A stretch of 64,000 nucleotides of DNA from Desulfatiglandales bacterium. GTDB taxonomy: Bacteria; Desulfobacterota; DSM-4660; Desulfatiglandales; Desulfatiglandaceae. The notes below the pieces were generated by a model. It did no database searches. It saw nothing but the letters and a program-made list of their open reading frames with translations, and was not told the origin of the DNA. The position numbers were made by a program, and so were the translations under genes. This document shows, piece by piece, positions 10,501-20,939 of the stretch (position 1 is its first letter; every line of letters starts with the position of its first letter). The DNA is taken from contig OY759599.1 in assembly GCA_963662465.1 (NCBI GenBank), positions 4,960,001 to 5,024,000 on the forward strand, given 5' to 3'.

Positions 10501-10929
10501 ATGCTGATTGATGATGTGGAGCGTCTAATTCCCCACCGAAACCGCATGAAGCTCATTGATGAAATTATTTCCGTGAATGAAAGCTTGGCTGTTACAGCGT
10601 CTACCATAACCGAAACCTGGCCCATGATTGAAAATGGCTTCGTCAACCCCCTTGTTCTGGTGGAACTGGTGGCGCAGACCGCGGGGGTATGCATCGGATG
10701 GACGGAACGTCAAAAAAAGGGAAATGATCGGGACGGAACCGGGTGGATTGTGGGGATCAAGGAATCGGTTTTGCACTGCGATCATCTCCCGGTAAATGGC
10801 CGCATCATAACGGAAGCCAGAAAAGTGTTCCAGGTTGAACATTACAGCGAAATTACGGGAACAACGCGCATGGGAAACGAAATCGTCGCGGAAATAAAGT
10901 TGCAGGTGCTACAATCGGAGACCGAATAA
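10501..10929 (+). CDS. Hotdog-fold dehydratase (ApeP-like)
   Basis: LIPHRNRMKLID and ELVAQT motifs. Confidence 0.82.
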   Translation: MLIDDVERLIPHRNRMKLIDEIISVNESLAVTASTITETWPMIENGFVNPLVLVELVAQTAGVCIGWTERQKKGNDRDGTGWIVGIKESVLHCDHLPVNGRIITEARKVFQVEHYSEITGTTRMGNEIVAEIKLQVLQSETE

Positions 10930-10996
10930 CTGCGGTTTTGAGTTTTGAGTTTTTCTACCAATGAATTCAAGTTTTTATGTTGAAGAGGTTTTGCTT

Positions 10997-11722
10997 ATGG
11001 ATAAAGGCGTGGCAGTGGTGACAGGGGGGAGCCGGGGTATCGGACGTGCCATATGCCTGGAACTGGCCGGCGAAAAATACTTTGTGGTGGTCAATTTTCA
11101 TTCCAATTCAAAAGCCGCGGAAGAAACCCTTGAGATGATCGAAGCCCGAGGGGGGAAAGGTGAAATCAGCCGATTTGACGTCTCCAACGCCAGGGAAACC
11201 CGGGAAGCCATTCAAGATATTATCCGTCGGCACGACCGCATTCAGGTACTGGTCAACAATGCGGGCATTACGGCGGATGGACTCTTTGTTTTTATGACGG
11301 AGGATGAATGGGACAGCGTCATCAACATCCACCTGAAAGGGTTTTACAATGTTACCCGGCCCGTTCTTGAAAATATGGTGGCCCACAAACAGGGAAGCAT
11401 CGTGAGTATATCCTCCGTGTCGGGAATCGTGGGGCACCGGGGGCAAGCCAATTATTCGGCGGCCAAGGCCGGGCTCATCGGCGCCGGCCGCGCCATCGCC
11501 GCCGAAGTGGCACGCCTGGGCATCAGGGTCAATGTGGTGGCGCCGGGGTTGATTCAAACGGAAATGATCGAAGATATTCCAAAGGGACAGATTAAAGGGC
11601 TGATTCCCATGGCCCGGGTGGGTCGGCCCGAAGAGGTGGCTACCGTGGTGCGGTTCCTCTGTTCCGAAAATGCGTCCTATGTGACGGGCCAGGTGATTTC
11701 CGTCAATGGGGGGATGGTTTGA
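10997..11722 (+). CDS. fabG: 3-oxoacyl-ACP reductase
   Basis: TGGSRGIG, NNAG and YSAAK SDR motifs; start reassigned to MDKGV. Confidence 0.9.
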   Translation: MDKGVAVVTGGSRGIGRAICLELAGEKYFVVVNFHSNSKAAEETLEMIEARGGKGEISRFDVSNARETREAIQDIIRRHDRIQVLVNNAGITADGLFVFMTEDEWDSVINIHLKGFYNVTRPVLENMVAHKQGSIVSISSVSGIVGHRGQANYSAAKAGLIGAGRAIAAEVARLGIRVNVVAPGLIQTEMIEDIPKGQIKGLIPMARVGRPEEVATVVRFLCSENASYVTGQVISVNGGMV

Positions 11723-11723
11723 T

Positions 11724-12338
11724 ATGGAAAGGAATATAAAATGGCTGATAATACTGGCCGTCTCTTTTTTCATGGCCGTCCCCGGGGCCCAGGCCGGGGA
11801 TTGGGATCAGATCCGGGAGGAAGCAGGCAATATTCAAACCATCAGCGCTCATTTTGTTCAGGAAAAACACCTTGAAATTTTGATAAGGCCATTGATATCC
11901 AAAGGCGCCTTTTATTTTTCGGCGCCCGGATCACTCAGATGGGAGTACTTTTCTCCCATCAAGAGCATTCTGTTGATGCATAACGGAAAAATCCGCCGGT
12001 TCATTGGAAACGAAAACGGGTTCAAGGAAAACGCTAGCCCCGGACTTCAAGCCATGGAAATGGTGCTTGAAGAAATTGCCCTGTGGCTGAAGGGAGAATT
12101 TTCCCATAACCCCGATTATATCGCAACGCTTACGGGGGATAATAAAATTGTGATGACGCCGAAAAACAAGGCTTTTTCAAAAATCATTCAAAAAATTGAA
12201 ATCCTGCTTTCAGACCAGCCAGGCGTCATTGAATCCGTAACCATTTATGAGGAAAAGACCTCTTTCACCAGGATTCTGTTCCAGGATGTCAAAATCAATC
12301 AGGGGCTGGCGGACATTCTTTTTGAATCCATCCCATAG
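11724..12338 (+). CDS. LolA-like outer-membrane lipoprotein carrier
   Basis: Signal peptide; FVQEKHL...PGSLRWEYFSP. Confidence 0.82.
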   Translation: MERNIKWLIILAVSFFMAVPGAQAGDWDQIREEAGNIQTISAHFVQEKHLEILIRPLISKGAFYFSAPGSLRWEYFSPIKSILLMHNGKIRRFIGNENGFKENASPGLQAMEMVLEEIALWLKGEFSHNPDYIATLTGDNKIVMTPKNKAFSKIIQKIEILLSDQPGVIESVTIYEEKTSFTRILFQDVKINQGLADILFESIP

Positions 12339-12347
12339 GAAAGCCTG

Positions 12348-13049
12348 ATGAAAACCCTAACCACTCGGAAAAACGTTCAAATTCTGATTTTGCGCCTTTC
12401 AGGAATGCTGCTTCTGACAACCTGCGCCGGCATGCCTGACATCAAGACCATGGACGTGTCCCGGGTTCCGGAAACGCTGATGCGTTGCGAAAACGTATTT
12501 CCCAGGGGGAAATGGCAATTCGCCCATGCCATCGAGGCCGATCTGGGGGGCGGGCAGGAGGCGCGGTTGATCGGCGTCACCGAACTGTCGTCCAATCCGG
12601 AACGGATTCATGCCGTCATGATGACCATCGAGGGCCTGGTTCTTTTTGACGCTCTTCATGACGGCCAATTAACCATCAACCGGGGCATTGCCCCCTTTGA
12701 CTCCCGGGAATTTGCTCAGGGGTTAATGGACGATATTCGGTTGATATTTTTTAAACCCCATGGCGACCCCATTGGCGTGGGTGTTATCGACCGGGGATGT
12801 GACGTGTGCCGATGCCAGTCAGGCAATGCGATGGTTGATGTGATGGTTTGTCCGGATTACCTGTTTGAAATCCGTCAATACGAAAATGAACAATTGACCC
12901 GTACGGTTTCAGCCCCTTTGAAACCCACGGGCAGTCGGAAAACAGCAAACGCTTTCCCGGAACAAATAACACTGACGGCACAGGGCCCCGCTCACTATCG
13001 CCTGACCCTGCGGCTGATCAGTGCGGAACAGATCAGTACGGGCAGATGA
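12348..13049 (+). CDS. Putative lipoprotein (DUF3261-like)
   Basis: Lipobox-like LTTC; follows lolA in a lipid cluster. Confidence 0.55.
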   Translation: MKTLTTRKNVQILILRLSGMLLLTTCAGMPDIKTMDVSRVPETLMRCENVFPRGKWQFAHAIEADLGGGQEARLIGVTELSSNPERIHAVMMTIEGLVLFDALHDGQLTINRGIAPFDSREFAQGLMDDIRLIFFKPHGDPIGVGVIDRGCDVCRCQSGNAMVDVMVCPDYLFEIRQYENEQLTRTVSAPLKPTGSRKTANAFPEQITLTAQGPAHYRLTLRLISAEQISTGR

Positions 13050-13075
13050 TGATCCGCCCTTGACAGGATATCCTA

Positions 13076-14338
13076 ATGAAATTTAGATTGATTTACCCTA
13101 AATGGGCAAAGCTTGACAGCCAAACCGAATTCCATTTGCCGCCCCATGGACCCGTTGTTTTCGCTGCTGCCCTTCCCGACCATGTGGCAGTGGAATTTAT
13201 CGATGAAAACCTTGAAGAGATTCCCTTTGACGACCCGGTGGACTTTGTGGGTATCTCCATGATGCTGACCATTCAGGTAAAAAGGGGATGGGAAATTGCC
13301 GATACCTACCGTAAAAAAGGTATTAAGGTGATATTCGGTGGTATCGCTACCATGCTGCATGCCGAAGAAACCCAGGCCCACGGGGACGCGGTGTTCCTGG
13401 GAGAAGCTGAAGGCCGCATGGAAAAGGTTTTTTCGGACTTTGAAAGGAACCGGCTACAGCCGGTCTATGACTATCTTGATGACCGTCCCCCCATCGATAC
13501 GGTGGGAATTGCCCGGCGGGATCTCCTGAAACGGGATCTCTACAATTACAGGGGCGTTCAAATGGTGGATCTGGTACACGCATCGAGAGGGTGTCGCTTC
13601 CATTGTTACCCCTGCGCCGTGGCCTATCTGGGGGGGCGGGTGTTCAGACCCCGTCCCATTGACAAAGCCATCGCCGAAATGGAAAGCATCGACAACAATC
13701 GCTTGTTCATTGTGGATAATTCACTGGCCCAGAACACCCAATGGGAGATGGACCTTTTCCGGGAAATGATCCCCCTCAAAAAAAAATGGTGCAGCCACCC
13801 CATCGAGGATAAACCTGAAGTTTTGGATCTGGCAGCGCAAGCCGGCGCCTGGTACGTGTATCAGGCGGTTTTTGACACTTCCGACTACATCAGGGACCGC
13901 ATCAGGCGGTACCACGATCATGGCATTTTGGTGGAAGGCACCATCCTTCTGGGGCTGGATCACCACACAGAGGAGTATATCCGGGAATTGATCGACTTCC
14001 TCCTCGAAATTGACCTGGACCTGGCGGAATTTACAGTGCTGACCCCTTTTCCCCATACCCGGGCGTTTAATGATCTGAAAAAGCAAAACCGAATTTTTTC
14101 TGATAACTGGAACGATTATTCAGCGGATAAGGTAGTCTATCACCCGAAGCACATGTCGGCTGAGAGACTGCAGGAACTGTTCCATTATGCCTGGGATGCT
14201 TTTTACCGGGACGAATCCCAACAGATGAAAATGTTCAAACTGCTTCAAACAGTGGTTGAAAGGGAAAAGCAAGATAACACTTTCAGACCCAGAAAGCGGG
14301 AGTTGGCGAAACGGGCCTTTGGCAGAAAGTCGCATTAG
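13076..14338 (+). CDS. B12-binding radical SAM protein
   Basis: ASRGCRFHCYPC; GGIATM...GEAE B12-binding domain; LTPFPHT. Confidence 0.88.
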   Translation: MKFRLIYPKWAKLDSQTEFHLPPHGPVVFAAALPDHVAVEFIDENLEEIPFDDPVDFVGISMMLTIQVKRGWEIADTYRKKGIKVIFGGIATMLHAEETQAHGDAVFLGEAEGRMEKVFSDFERNRLQPVYDYLDDRPPIDTVGIARRDLLKRDLYNYRGVQMVDLVHASRGCRFHCYPCAVAYLGGRVFRPRPIDKAIAEMESIDNNRLFIVDNSLAQNTQWEMDLFREMIPLKKKWCSHPIEDKPEVLDLAAQAGAWYVYQAVFDTSDYIRDRIRRYHDHGILVEGTILLGLDHHTEEYIRELIDFLLEIDLDLAEFTVLTPFPHTRAFNDLKKQNRIFSDNWNDYSADKVVYHPKHMSAERLQELFHYAWDAFYRDESQQMKMFKLLQTVVEREKQDNTFRPRKRELAKRAFGRKSH

Positions 14339-14370
14339 GAAAACAGCCTTTTTCCTTGCCGGAAAGCCGG

Positions 14371-14595
14371 TTATTTCTTGGGGGTAGATGGTTTTCGGAA
14401 AAAGTTCGCTTTGACCCAGTTCCAGTTCAGGATCACGTGCAGCACCGCCACGATGGCAAAAACGATACCGCCTCCTTCGTGCATGACTTCGAATACCCTG
14501 TGGGGCAACATATGGTGCAAAAGTCCCACAAGGACCTGGTTGATCAGCAGAGCCCCGAGTAAGAGGTTGATAATCTTCAGAATGAATTTCTTCAT
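14371..14595 (-). CDS. Small His-containing membrane protein (DUF4405-like)
   Basis: Two TM helices with HEGGG and LHVILNWNWV. Confidence 0.7.
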   Translation of the reverse strand: MKKFILKIINLLLGALLINQVLVGLLHHMLPHRVFEVMHEGGGIVFAIVAVLHVILNWNWVKANFFRKPSTPKK

Positions 14596-14719
14596 AAATT
14601 TCTCCTTCTCATGCTTCATTGATTGAACATCACAAACATGACCCATTACTATCATGCTCTGTTATGGATGTGAAGTTCCAATGGGGATGTCAAACAAAAC
14701 ATTTTCTTCAAAAAAACAG

Positions 14720-14767
14720 TTGACAAGAAAATTTTCATCTGATAAAAGCCAATCAAACGTTTGTTGG
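14720..14767 (+). promoter_or_regulatory. Sigma70 promoter with candidate TetR operator
   Basis: TTGACA(14720)-17 bp-TAAAAG followed by imperfect palindrome CCAATCAAACGTTTGTTGG (14749-14767). Confidence 0.55.
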
Positions 14768-14779
14768 AATTTTATAGAA

Positions 14780-15355
14780 ATGACCAAAAAAGCTGATAAG
14801 ATTAAAGAAATTCATAGCGTCGTCACCCGGCTGTTTGCCCAAAAGGGGTATCATAATACCTCCATGCGGGAAATCGCACGGGGACTCGGCATGAACCAGT
14901 CCTCCCTCTACCATTATTTTGCCGGCAAGGAGGATATTCTGTTCACCCTGATCAACGATGCCATGGACGACGCCCTGAGCACCCTGGAAGAGATTTGCAA
15001 AACCGATTTGTCGCCCCACGGCAAACTCAACCAGGTTCTCAGTTTTTACGCCCACTACTATACGGGAGATCTGGACCGTCTCGTGTTGCTGGTGAATGAA
15101 CAGGGCAACCTGGGGAAGGATTACCGTGGGATGCTTATCAAAAAGGAACGGCGTTATGTGCATCTTATTCAGTCCATTTTGAAGGCGTTGGCCGATGAGG
15201 GCCGAATGAAGCCCATTCCCCCGGCGGTGGCCGCCTTTGCCTTTTTCGGCATGGTCCACTATACCATCAAGTGGTATGACAAGGATGGTCCGATAAAATC
15301 CGGAGAACTGGCGGATTATTTTCTGGAAATCTTTACAAAAGGGATTTTTTTATAA
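14780..15355 (+). CDS. TetR/AcrR family regulator (KstR2-like C-terminus)
   Basis: LFAQKGYHNTSMREIARGLGMNQSSLYHYFAGKEDIL. Confidence 0.92.
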   Translation: MTKKADKIKEIHSVVTRLFAQKGYHNTSMREIARGLGMNQSSLYHYFAGKEDILFTLINDAMDDALSTLEEICKTDLSPHGKLNQVLSFYAHYYTGDLDRLVLLVNEQGNLGKDYRGMLIKKERRYVHLIQSILKALADEGRMKPIPPAVAAFAFFGMVHYTIKWYDKDGPIKSGELADYFLEIFTKGIFL

Positions 15356-15397
15356 GTCTGATGATGGTTGATTATCTTTTTTAAAGGAGTAAACATA

Positions 15398-17425
15398 ATG
15401 GTATCTTTTCCTTCACTTGCCGTCCAGGGAGACTTCGGAATTCCCGGTTATGTCTTCGCATGGATCATCGCCATTGCGGCCCTTACGGTCTTCGCTTTCA
15501 TTATTCGAACCCGCATCCACCTTCTTCTGGTCAGCCAGAAAGACCCTCGCTTTTCAAACTGGAAAGAGCGCTTCCTGGGCCTGATCGATTACGGGTTCAT
15601 TCAAAAACGCCAACCCCGATACCTGTGGGCGGGCATCATTCACATCATGATATTCTGGGGGTTTATGGTGCTGGGGTTAAGGTCCCTGGACCTGGTAACC
15701 GAAGGTTTGGGAATCCCCATTTTTCGCCCCTTCATGCACAGCCCGTTTGGCGCATTTTACAACTCCATGAAGGACATTTTTGAGTTAATCGTTCTCGTCG
15801 CCTGCATATGGGCCATTCTCAGGCGGGCCATTGTCAAACCCAAGCGATACGAAGGAAGTCACCTCGTTGAAGCTTATCTGGTGCTGGGGCTCATCAGTTT
15901 CCTCATGATCACGGATATGTTCTTTGAAGGAAGCGGGATTCTGCTCACCGGCGGGGCGCGGGGGTGGCTCCCGGCGGCATGGCTCGCGACGCTTTTTCTG
16001 CCGACCAGCCACCCCGGCGCCCTATCCGTGATCCTTTACGTCACCTACTGGCTTCATATCCTGGCCTTCTTTCTTTTCTTGAACCTGCTCCCCCTGTCCA
16101 AACACTTTCACATCATCACAGCCCTTCCCAATGTTTTCTTCAGAAAACTCAAGAAAGGCGAGATCAAGCCCGCCAAATATGGCGTGGATGATATCTTTGA
16201 ACTGGAAAGTCTGGGGGTTGAAAAAATCGAGGATTTTACCTGGAAACATGTTCTCGATCTCTATACCTGTACGGAATGCGGTCGTTGTACGGACAACTGT
16301 CCGGCCAACGCCATTGGAAGGCCCCTTTCCCCCAAATTGCTCACCATCAAGCTCAGGGACCATGCCTATGAAAAATACCCCATTCTGCCCTTCCTTGGGC
16401 AGAGCAAACAGGAAGAGGCCGAAGTTCCCATGGTGGGGGGCGTCATCGGACTGGATGAACTATGGTCCTGCACCACCTGCGGCGCCTGTGAGGAAGAGTG
16501 TCCCGTATTTATCGAATACATCAACAAAATCATCGATATGCGGCGGCATGTGCTGGAGACCTCCCAGAACCCCAGCACGTTCAACCAGATCCTCATGTAT
16601 GTGGAGAAAACGGGCAACCCCTTCGGCAAACCGGCCGTCAAACGGGCCGACTGGGTAAAGGAACAGGAAGTCCCCGATGTAAAAATCCTGAAGGCGGGGG
16701 ACAGCGTGGATATCCTGTACTATGTGGACGGGTACGCGTCCTTCGATCCCCAATCCCAGAAAATCGCCGCCGCCATTTGCAGGGGATTCAATCTTGCGGG
16801 CATGGACTTCGGCATTCTCGGAAAACTGGAAAAGGACACGGGTCACCAGGTGCGGCGCATGGGCGAAGAAGGATTGTTTCAGATGCTGGTGGAGGAAAAC
16901 ACGGAGACCCTTTCAAGCATCGATTTCAAGTGGATTGTTACCACGGACCCGCATGCTTACAACGCGCTTAAAAAAGATTATCCCACAGACTATAAGGTTT
17001 TCCATTATGCACAGTTCTTTTTGTCCCTGGTGGAAACGGGTCATTTACGGCCCAATAAGGGGGTCGATCCCAAGGACCTTTATACCTACCACGATCCTTG
17101 CTACCTGGGCAGACACAGCGGCATTTACGACGAACCCCGGCGACTGCTCACATCCATCCCGGATCTTCGGCTGGTGGAAATGGAACGCAGCCGGGACCGC
17201 AGTTTCTGTTGCGGCGGCGGCGACGTGACGCTGTGGCACGAAGTTGCAGAGGAACAGCGCATGGCGGAAAAAAGGATCCACATGGCCCTTGAAACGGGGG
17301 CCAATGTGATGGTTACAGCCTGCCCGTTCTGTCTCATCCATTTTGAAGACGCCATCAAAACTGCGGGTCTTGAAGATAAAATCAGAGTGGTGGACTTGAT
17401 GGAGCTTTTTATGTCGGCGTTTTAA
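15398..17425 (+). CDS. Membrane heme b/FeS/CCG oxidoreductase (FadF/EMO-like ETF:menaquinone oxidoreductase)
   Basis: TM domain with conserved His; CTECGRC and CTTCGAC; YHDPCYLGR; CCGGG; adjacent to etfBA. Confidence 0.85.
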   Translation: MVSFPSLAVQGDFGIPGYVFAWIIAIAALTVFAFIIRTRIHLLLVSQKDPRFSNWKERFLGLIDYGFIQKRQPRYLWAGIIHIMIFWGFMVLGLRSLDLVTEGLGIPIFRPFMHSPFGAFYNSMKDIFELIVLVACIWAILRRAIVKPKRYEGSHLVEAYLVLGLISFLMITDMFFEGSGILLTGGARGWLPAAWLATLFLPTSHPGALSVILYVTYWLHILAFFLFLNLLPLSKHFHIITALPNVFFRKLKKGEIKPAKYGVDDIFELESLGVEKIEDFTWKHVLDLYTCTECGRCTDNCPANAIGRPLSPKLLTIKLRDHAYEKYPILPFLGQSKQEEAEVPMVGGVIGLDELWSCTTCGACEEECPVFIEYINKIIDMRRHVLETSQNPSTFNQILMYVEKTGNPFGKPAVKRADWVKEQEVPDVKILKAGDSVDILYYVDGYASFDPQSQKIAAAICRGFNLAGMDFGILGKLEKDTGHQVRRMGEEGLFQMLVEENTETLSSIDFKWIVTTDPHAYNALKKDYPTDYKVFHYAQFFLSLVETGHLRPNKGVDPKDLYTYHDPCYLGRHSGIYDEPRRLLTSIPDLRLVEMERSRDRSFCCGGGDVTLWHEVAEEQRMAEKRIHMALETGANVMVTACPFCLIHFEDAIKTAGLEDKIRVVDLMELFMSAF

Positions 17426-17468
17426 CCTTATCATTCATTCCGGCTTGTCCGGGCTAGGAGGTAAACAC

Positions 17469-18248
17469 ATGAACATTATTGTTTGCGTTAAACGGGTTCC
17501 CCTTACCCAAGAGGTGGATCTGGAAATTGACAGTACCCGAAAAGGGATTAAAAAAGACGCACTGGCCTACGTCATCAACGATTGGGACAACTATGCCATT
17601 GAAGCGGCGGTGCAGCTTCAGGAAGCCCTGGGCGGAGAAGTGACCGCCGTTGCCATCGGAGACGAAGAGGATGAAGAGGTGCTGCGAAGGGCACTGGCCA
17701 TGGGGGCGGACCGGGCCATTAGAATTGACCCGGGGGACCTTATCCCGGATGGTGATCTCAACGCGAAAATTCTGGCCAAAGCCATTTCCGACCTGGACTA
17801 CGACCTGATTTTTACCCGGGTTCAGTCGGAAGACGACAACACGGGGATGGTGGGGATCATGCTGGCGGAGCAGTTGGGCCTGGCCCATGCGGCCATTGCC
17901 AACGGCATTGAACCGGAAGACGGAACCGTCAAGGTTCGGGTGGAGCTGGAAGGGGGCATCGATGAAGTTTCCCGGATCCAGTTGCCGGCCCTCTTAACCG
18001 TTCAGACCGGCATCAACGAACCCCGGTATGTGTCCATCATGGGCATTCGAAAGGCCAAAAAGAAAGAATTGAAGGTGGTTTCCTTAAACGATCTGGGTTT
18101 TTCAACCGATGACTTGACACCGCAAACCCTCATCGAAGAGGTTTTTCTGCCCCCTGAAACCGAGGGCGCTGAAATGCTCGAAGGGGATTCCGCCACGGTG
18201 GCTGAAGCCATTATCCGCATTATGGGAGAAAAGGGGGTGACGATCTAA
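17469..18248 (+). CDS. etfB: Electron transfer flavoprotein beta subunit
   Basis: MNIIVCVKRVP, ALAMGAD, NEPRY. Confidence 0.95.
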   Translation: MNIIVCVKRVPLTQEVDLEIDSTRKGIKKDALAYVINDWDNYAIEAAVQLQEALGGEVTAVAIGDEEDEEVLRRALAMGADRAIRIDPGDLIPDGDLNAKILAKAISDLDYDLIFTRVQSEDDNTGMVGIMLAEQLGLAHAAIANGIEPEDGTVKVRVELEGGIDEVSRIQLPALLTVQTGINEPRYVSIMGIRKAKKKELKVVSLNDLGFSTDDLTPQTLIEEVFLPPETEGAEMLEGDSATVAEAIIRIMGEKGVTI

Positions 18249-19220
18249 ATGGGCGATATATTCGTGATTGCAGAACACCGAAACGGGGAACTCCGGGACA
18301 TTACCTTTGAAATGCTGAAAAAAGCGGATGCGCTGGCCCAGGCCATGTCCTGCAACGTAACGGCTGTATTATTGGGGGGACCGAGCGAGGCCTTTGCGGA
18401 TGATCTGGCAAAATGGGCCGACCGGGTACTGGTCTTTGAAGATGAAAGACTGAAAACCTACAATTCAGACCTCTACGTCGGTATTTTGGCGGCAACGGTG
18501 CAGACGCAGCAACCCTTTCTTACCCTCATGGGACACACCTCCTGGGGCATGGATTATGCCCCTGCTCTGGCGGTGAAGACCGGTTATCCTCTGAGTACGG
18601 ATGCCTCCGACATTCTTTTGGAAGAAGGACGTCCCCAGGTGATTCGCCAGATGTACAGCGGTAAATTGTTTTCGAGGATTTCCTTTAAACCATCCCCGGG
18701 TTATCTGGTAACCGTAAGACCGGGGGCCTTCAAGGCGGAACCCGCGGGCGACAAAGAGGGCGAAGTGGTTCGGGAGGCCCTTCCGGAGGGTCTTCCAAGT
18801 CCTCGCCGGGAATTTCTGGAGTTTGAAGACACGGCTGCCGGCGATGTGGACATTACCCAGGCTGACCTGCTGGTATCGGTGGGTCGGGGGGTCGGTGAAG
18901 CGGATAACATCGCTGCGGTGCAGGAACTGGCCGACATCCTGGGCGGGACCCTTTCCTGTTCCAGACCGGTGGTGGACAAAAACTGGCTTCCCAAGTTTCA
19001 CCAGGTGGGCACTTCCGGCAAAAGCGTTAAACCCAAAGTCTATCTGGCCCTGGGGATCAGCGGCGCTTTTCAACACGTGGCGGGCATCACGGGCGCCGAC
19101 TGTGTGATCGCCGTCAACAAGGACAAAAAGGCCCCCATCTTCAGGGTAGCGGATTACGGCATTGCCGATGATCTGTTTAATGTGGTGAACGCTCTGAAAG
19201 AAAAAGCCAAGAGCGCATAA
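18249..19220 (+). CDS. etfA: Electron transfer flavoprotein alpha subunit
   Basis: QVGTSGK, GISGAFQHVAG, NKDKKAPIF. Confidence 0.95.
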   Translation: MGDIFVIAEHRNGELRDITFEMLKKADALAQAMSCNVTAVLLGGPSEAFADDLAKWADRVLVFEDERLKTYNSDLYVGILAATVQTQQPFLTLMGHTSWGMDYAPALAVKTGYPLSTDASDILLEEGRPQVIRQMYSGKLFSRISFKPSPGYLVTVRPGAFKAEPAGDKEGEVVREALPEGLPSPRREFLEFEDTAAGDVDITQADLLVSVGRGVGEADNIAAVQELADILGGTLSCSRPVVDKNWLPKFHQVGTSGKSVKPKVYLALGISGAFQHVAGITGADCVIAVNKDKKAPIFRVADYGIADDLFNVVNALKEKAKSA

Positions 19221-19230
19221 GCAAGCCGTA

Positions 19231-19297
19231 GTTTTAAGTTTTTCTCTCAATGAATTCCTTGTTTTTTGTGACTGGTTTTTGGGAAACAAGGCATTAA
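19231..19297 (+). repeat. Dispersed 67-bp intergenic repeat, copy 1
   Basis: 57/67 identical by hand alignment to the reverse complement of 50247-50313. Confidence 0.8.
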
Positions 19298-19399
19298 AAC
19301 ATCAACCGTCGCCTGGAACGGATATGTGGTGCGAATCCGTTTCAGGCGCGAATATTATATTATTCCATCCCCGATGAAATCGGTTTCAGGAGGAGACCC

Positions 19400-20542
19400 A
19401 TGGATTTTGGTTTAAATAAAGAACAACAGGATATTGTGGCCGCTGCAAAGGAGTTTGCACGGGGGGAATTTCCGGATCGGGCACAGGAATTCGACCGGAA
19501 CGAAACATTTGACCAGGATCTGTGGCGCAAAGCATGCGAATTGGGTTTTGTGGGCGTCTTCATTCCCGAAGAATACGAAGGGGCCGGTTACGGGTTTCTG
19601 GAACATTGCCTGATTACCGAAGAATTCTGGGCGGCGGATCCGGGCATCGGGCAGGCCGTTCTGTCATGCACCTTCGGCGCCGAACTGCTGATACTGTTTG
19701 GAACCGAGGCCCAAAAACAGGAGGTGCTGCCGAAACTGGTGGCGGGAGAGGCGGTGCTGGCCACAGCCATCACCGAACCCGATGCGGGCAGTGATCCGAC
19801 CGGCGCTGTAACCTCGGCGGTCAAGGATGGCGACAACTGGGTCATTAACGGCAACAAGATGTTTGCCACCAACGGTGATCTGGCTGACTATATGATGACC
19901 TTCTGCCTGACGGATCCCGAAAACCCTTCCCGGCACCGTCGGCACAGTTTTATCCTTATTCCCACCCAAACCAAGGGGTATGAATCCAACAAGCTGCACG
20001 GTAAAATGGGTATCCGGGCCTCCGATACGGCGGAATTGAGCCTGAGCGACCTTCGGGTTCCTCTTGAAAACCTGGTGGGAAAAGAAGGGGAAGGGTTCCA
20101 TGAACTCATGGCCTTTTTTAACCGAACCCGGCTTCACATCTGCGCGCAGGGGGTAGGCCTGGCCAGGGCCGCTCTTGAAGAAGCCGTTCGTCATACCAAG
20201 GAAAGGCGCCAGTTCGGTGCGCCCCTGGCCTCCTTTCAAAATACCCAGTTCAAGCTGGCTGAGATGGCCACCTGGACCAAAGCCGCCAGGAACCTCTATT
20301 ATGAAGCCGCCTGGCAGATGGACCACGGAAAAATAGACCATGCGCTCATCGCCATGGCCAAATGGTATTCCGCTGAAAATGCCGTCCGTTGCGCGGACAT
20401 GGCCCTTCAGATGTATGGGGGGTACGGCTATATTGACGAATACAAAGTTCAGCGGCTTTATCGGGATGCCAAAATCCTGGAGATTTACGAAGGAACCAAA
20501 GAGATGGAAAAAACCATTATTGCCGGGACCCTGGTGGGGTAA
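19400..20542 (+). CDS. Acyl-CoA dehydrogenase
   Basis: ITEPDAGSD, QMYGGYG, EIYEGTKE. Confidence 0.95.
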   Translation: MDFGLNKEQQDIVAAAKEFARGEFPDRAQEFDRNETFDQDLWRKACELGFVGVFIPEEYEGAGYGFLEHCLITEEFWAADPGIGQAVLSCTFGAELLILFGTEAQKQEVLPKLVAGEAVLATAITEPDAGSDPTGAVTSAVKDGDNWVINGNKMFATNGDLADYMMTFCLTDPENPSRHRRHSFILIPTQTKGYESNKLHGKMGIRASDTAELSLSDLRVPLENLVGKEGEGFHELMAFFNRTRLHICAQGVGLARAALEEAVRHTKERRQFGAPLASFQNTQFKLAEMATWTKAARNLYYEAAWQMDHGKIDHALIAMAKWYSAENAVRCADMALQMYGGYGYIDEYKVQRLYRDAKILEIYEGTKEMEKTIIAGTLVG

Positions 20543-20913
20543 GGGGCAACTCTTTTTGGAGCCTTACCCCCGCAGCCGTTCACAGAGTGCAGGGGCTACG
20601 ATCGCAAGCCGGGACAAAATGTTTGAACACGATTTGAAAGATTAAATGATGACCAGAATTGCCATTGGCCGATGAAACGCAAACAAAAGGATGTAAAGGG
20701 GTTTGAAGGAACTTGTCCTGACGTCGGATTCTAATCCAGTTCATCGCAACCGTCAACCGGGCAGCGGGCCTGCAAAGCTCTCGACGTAAAACTCACGGCT
20801 GAAGCCGTACATGGGTAGGGTTTTTGCTTGACGGCGGGGTGTTTGTACGGGGATTTTGGCCGGTACATTCTCATCAAACACAAAAGCAGGTTGTACAAAC
20901 GCACGCAGCTGCT

Positions 20914-20939
20914 GTAGAGACAAGGCATGCCTTGTCTCT
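20914..20939. repeat. GTAG-type REP palindrome
   Basis: GTAGAGACAAGGCATGCCTTGTCTCT; second copy at 36646-36670. Confidence 0.75.
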
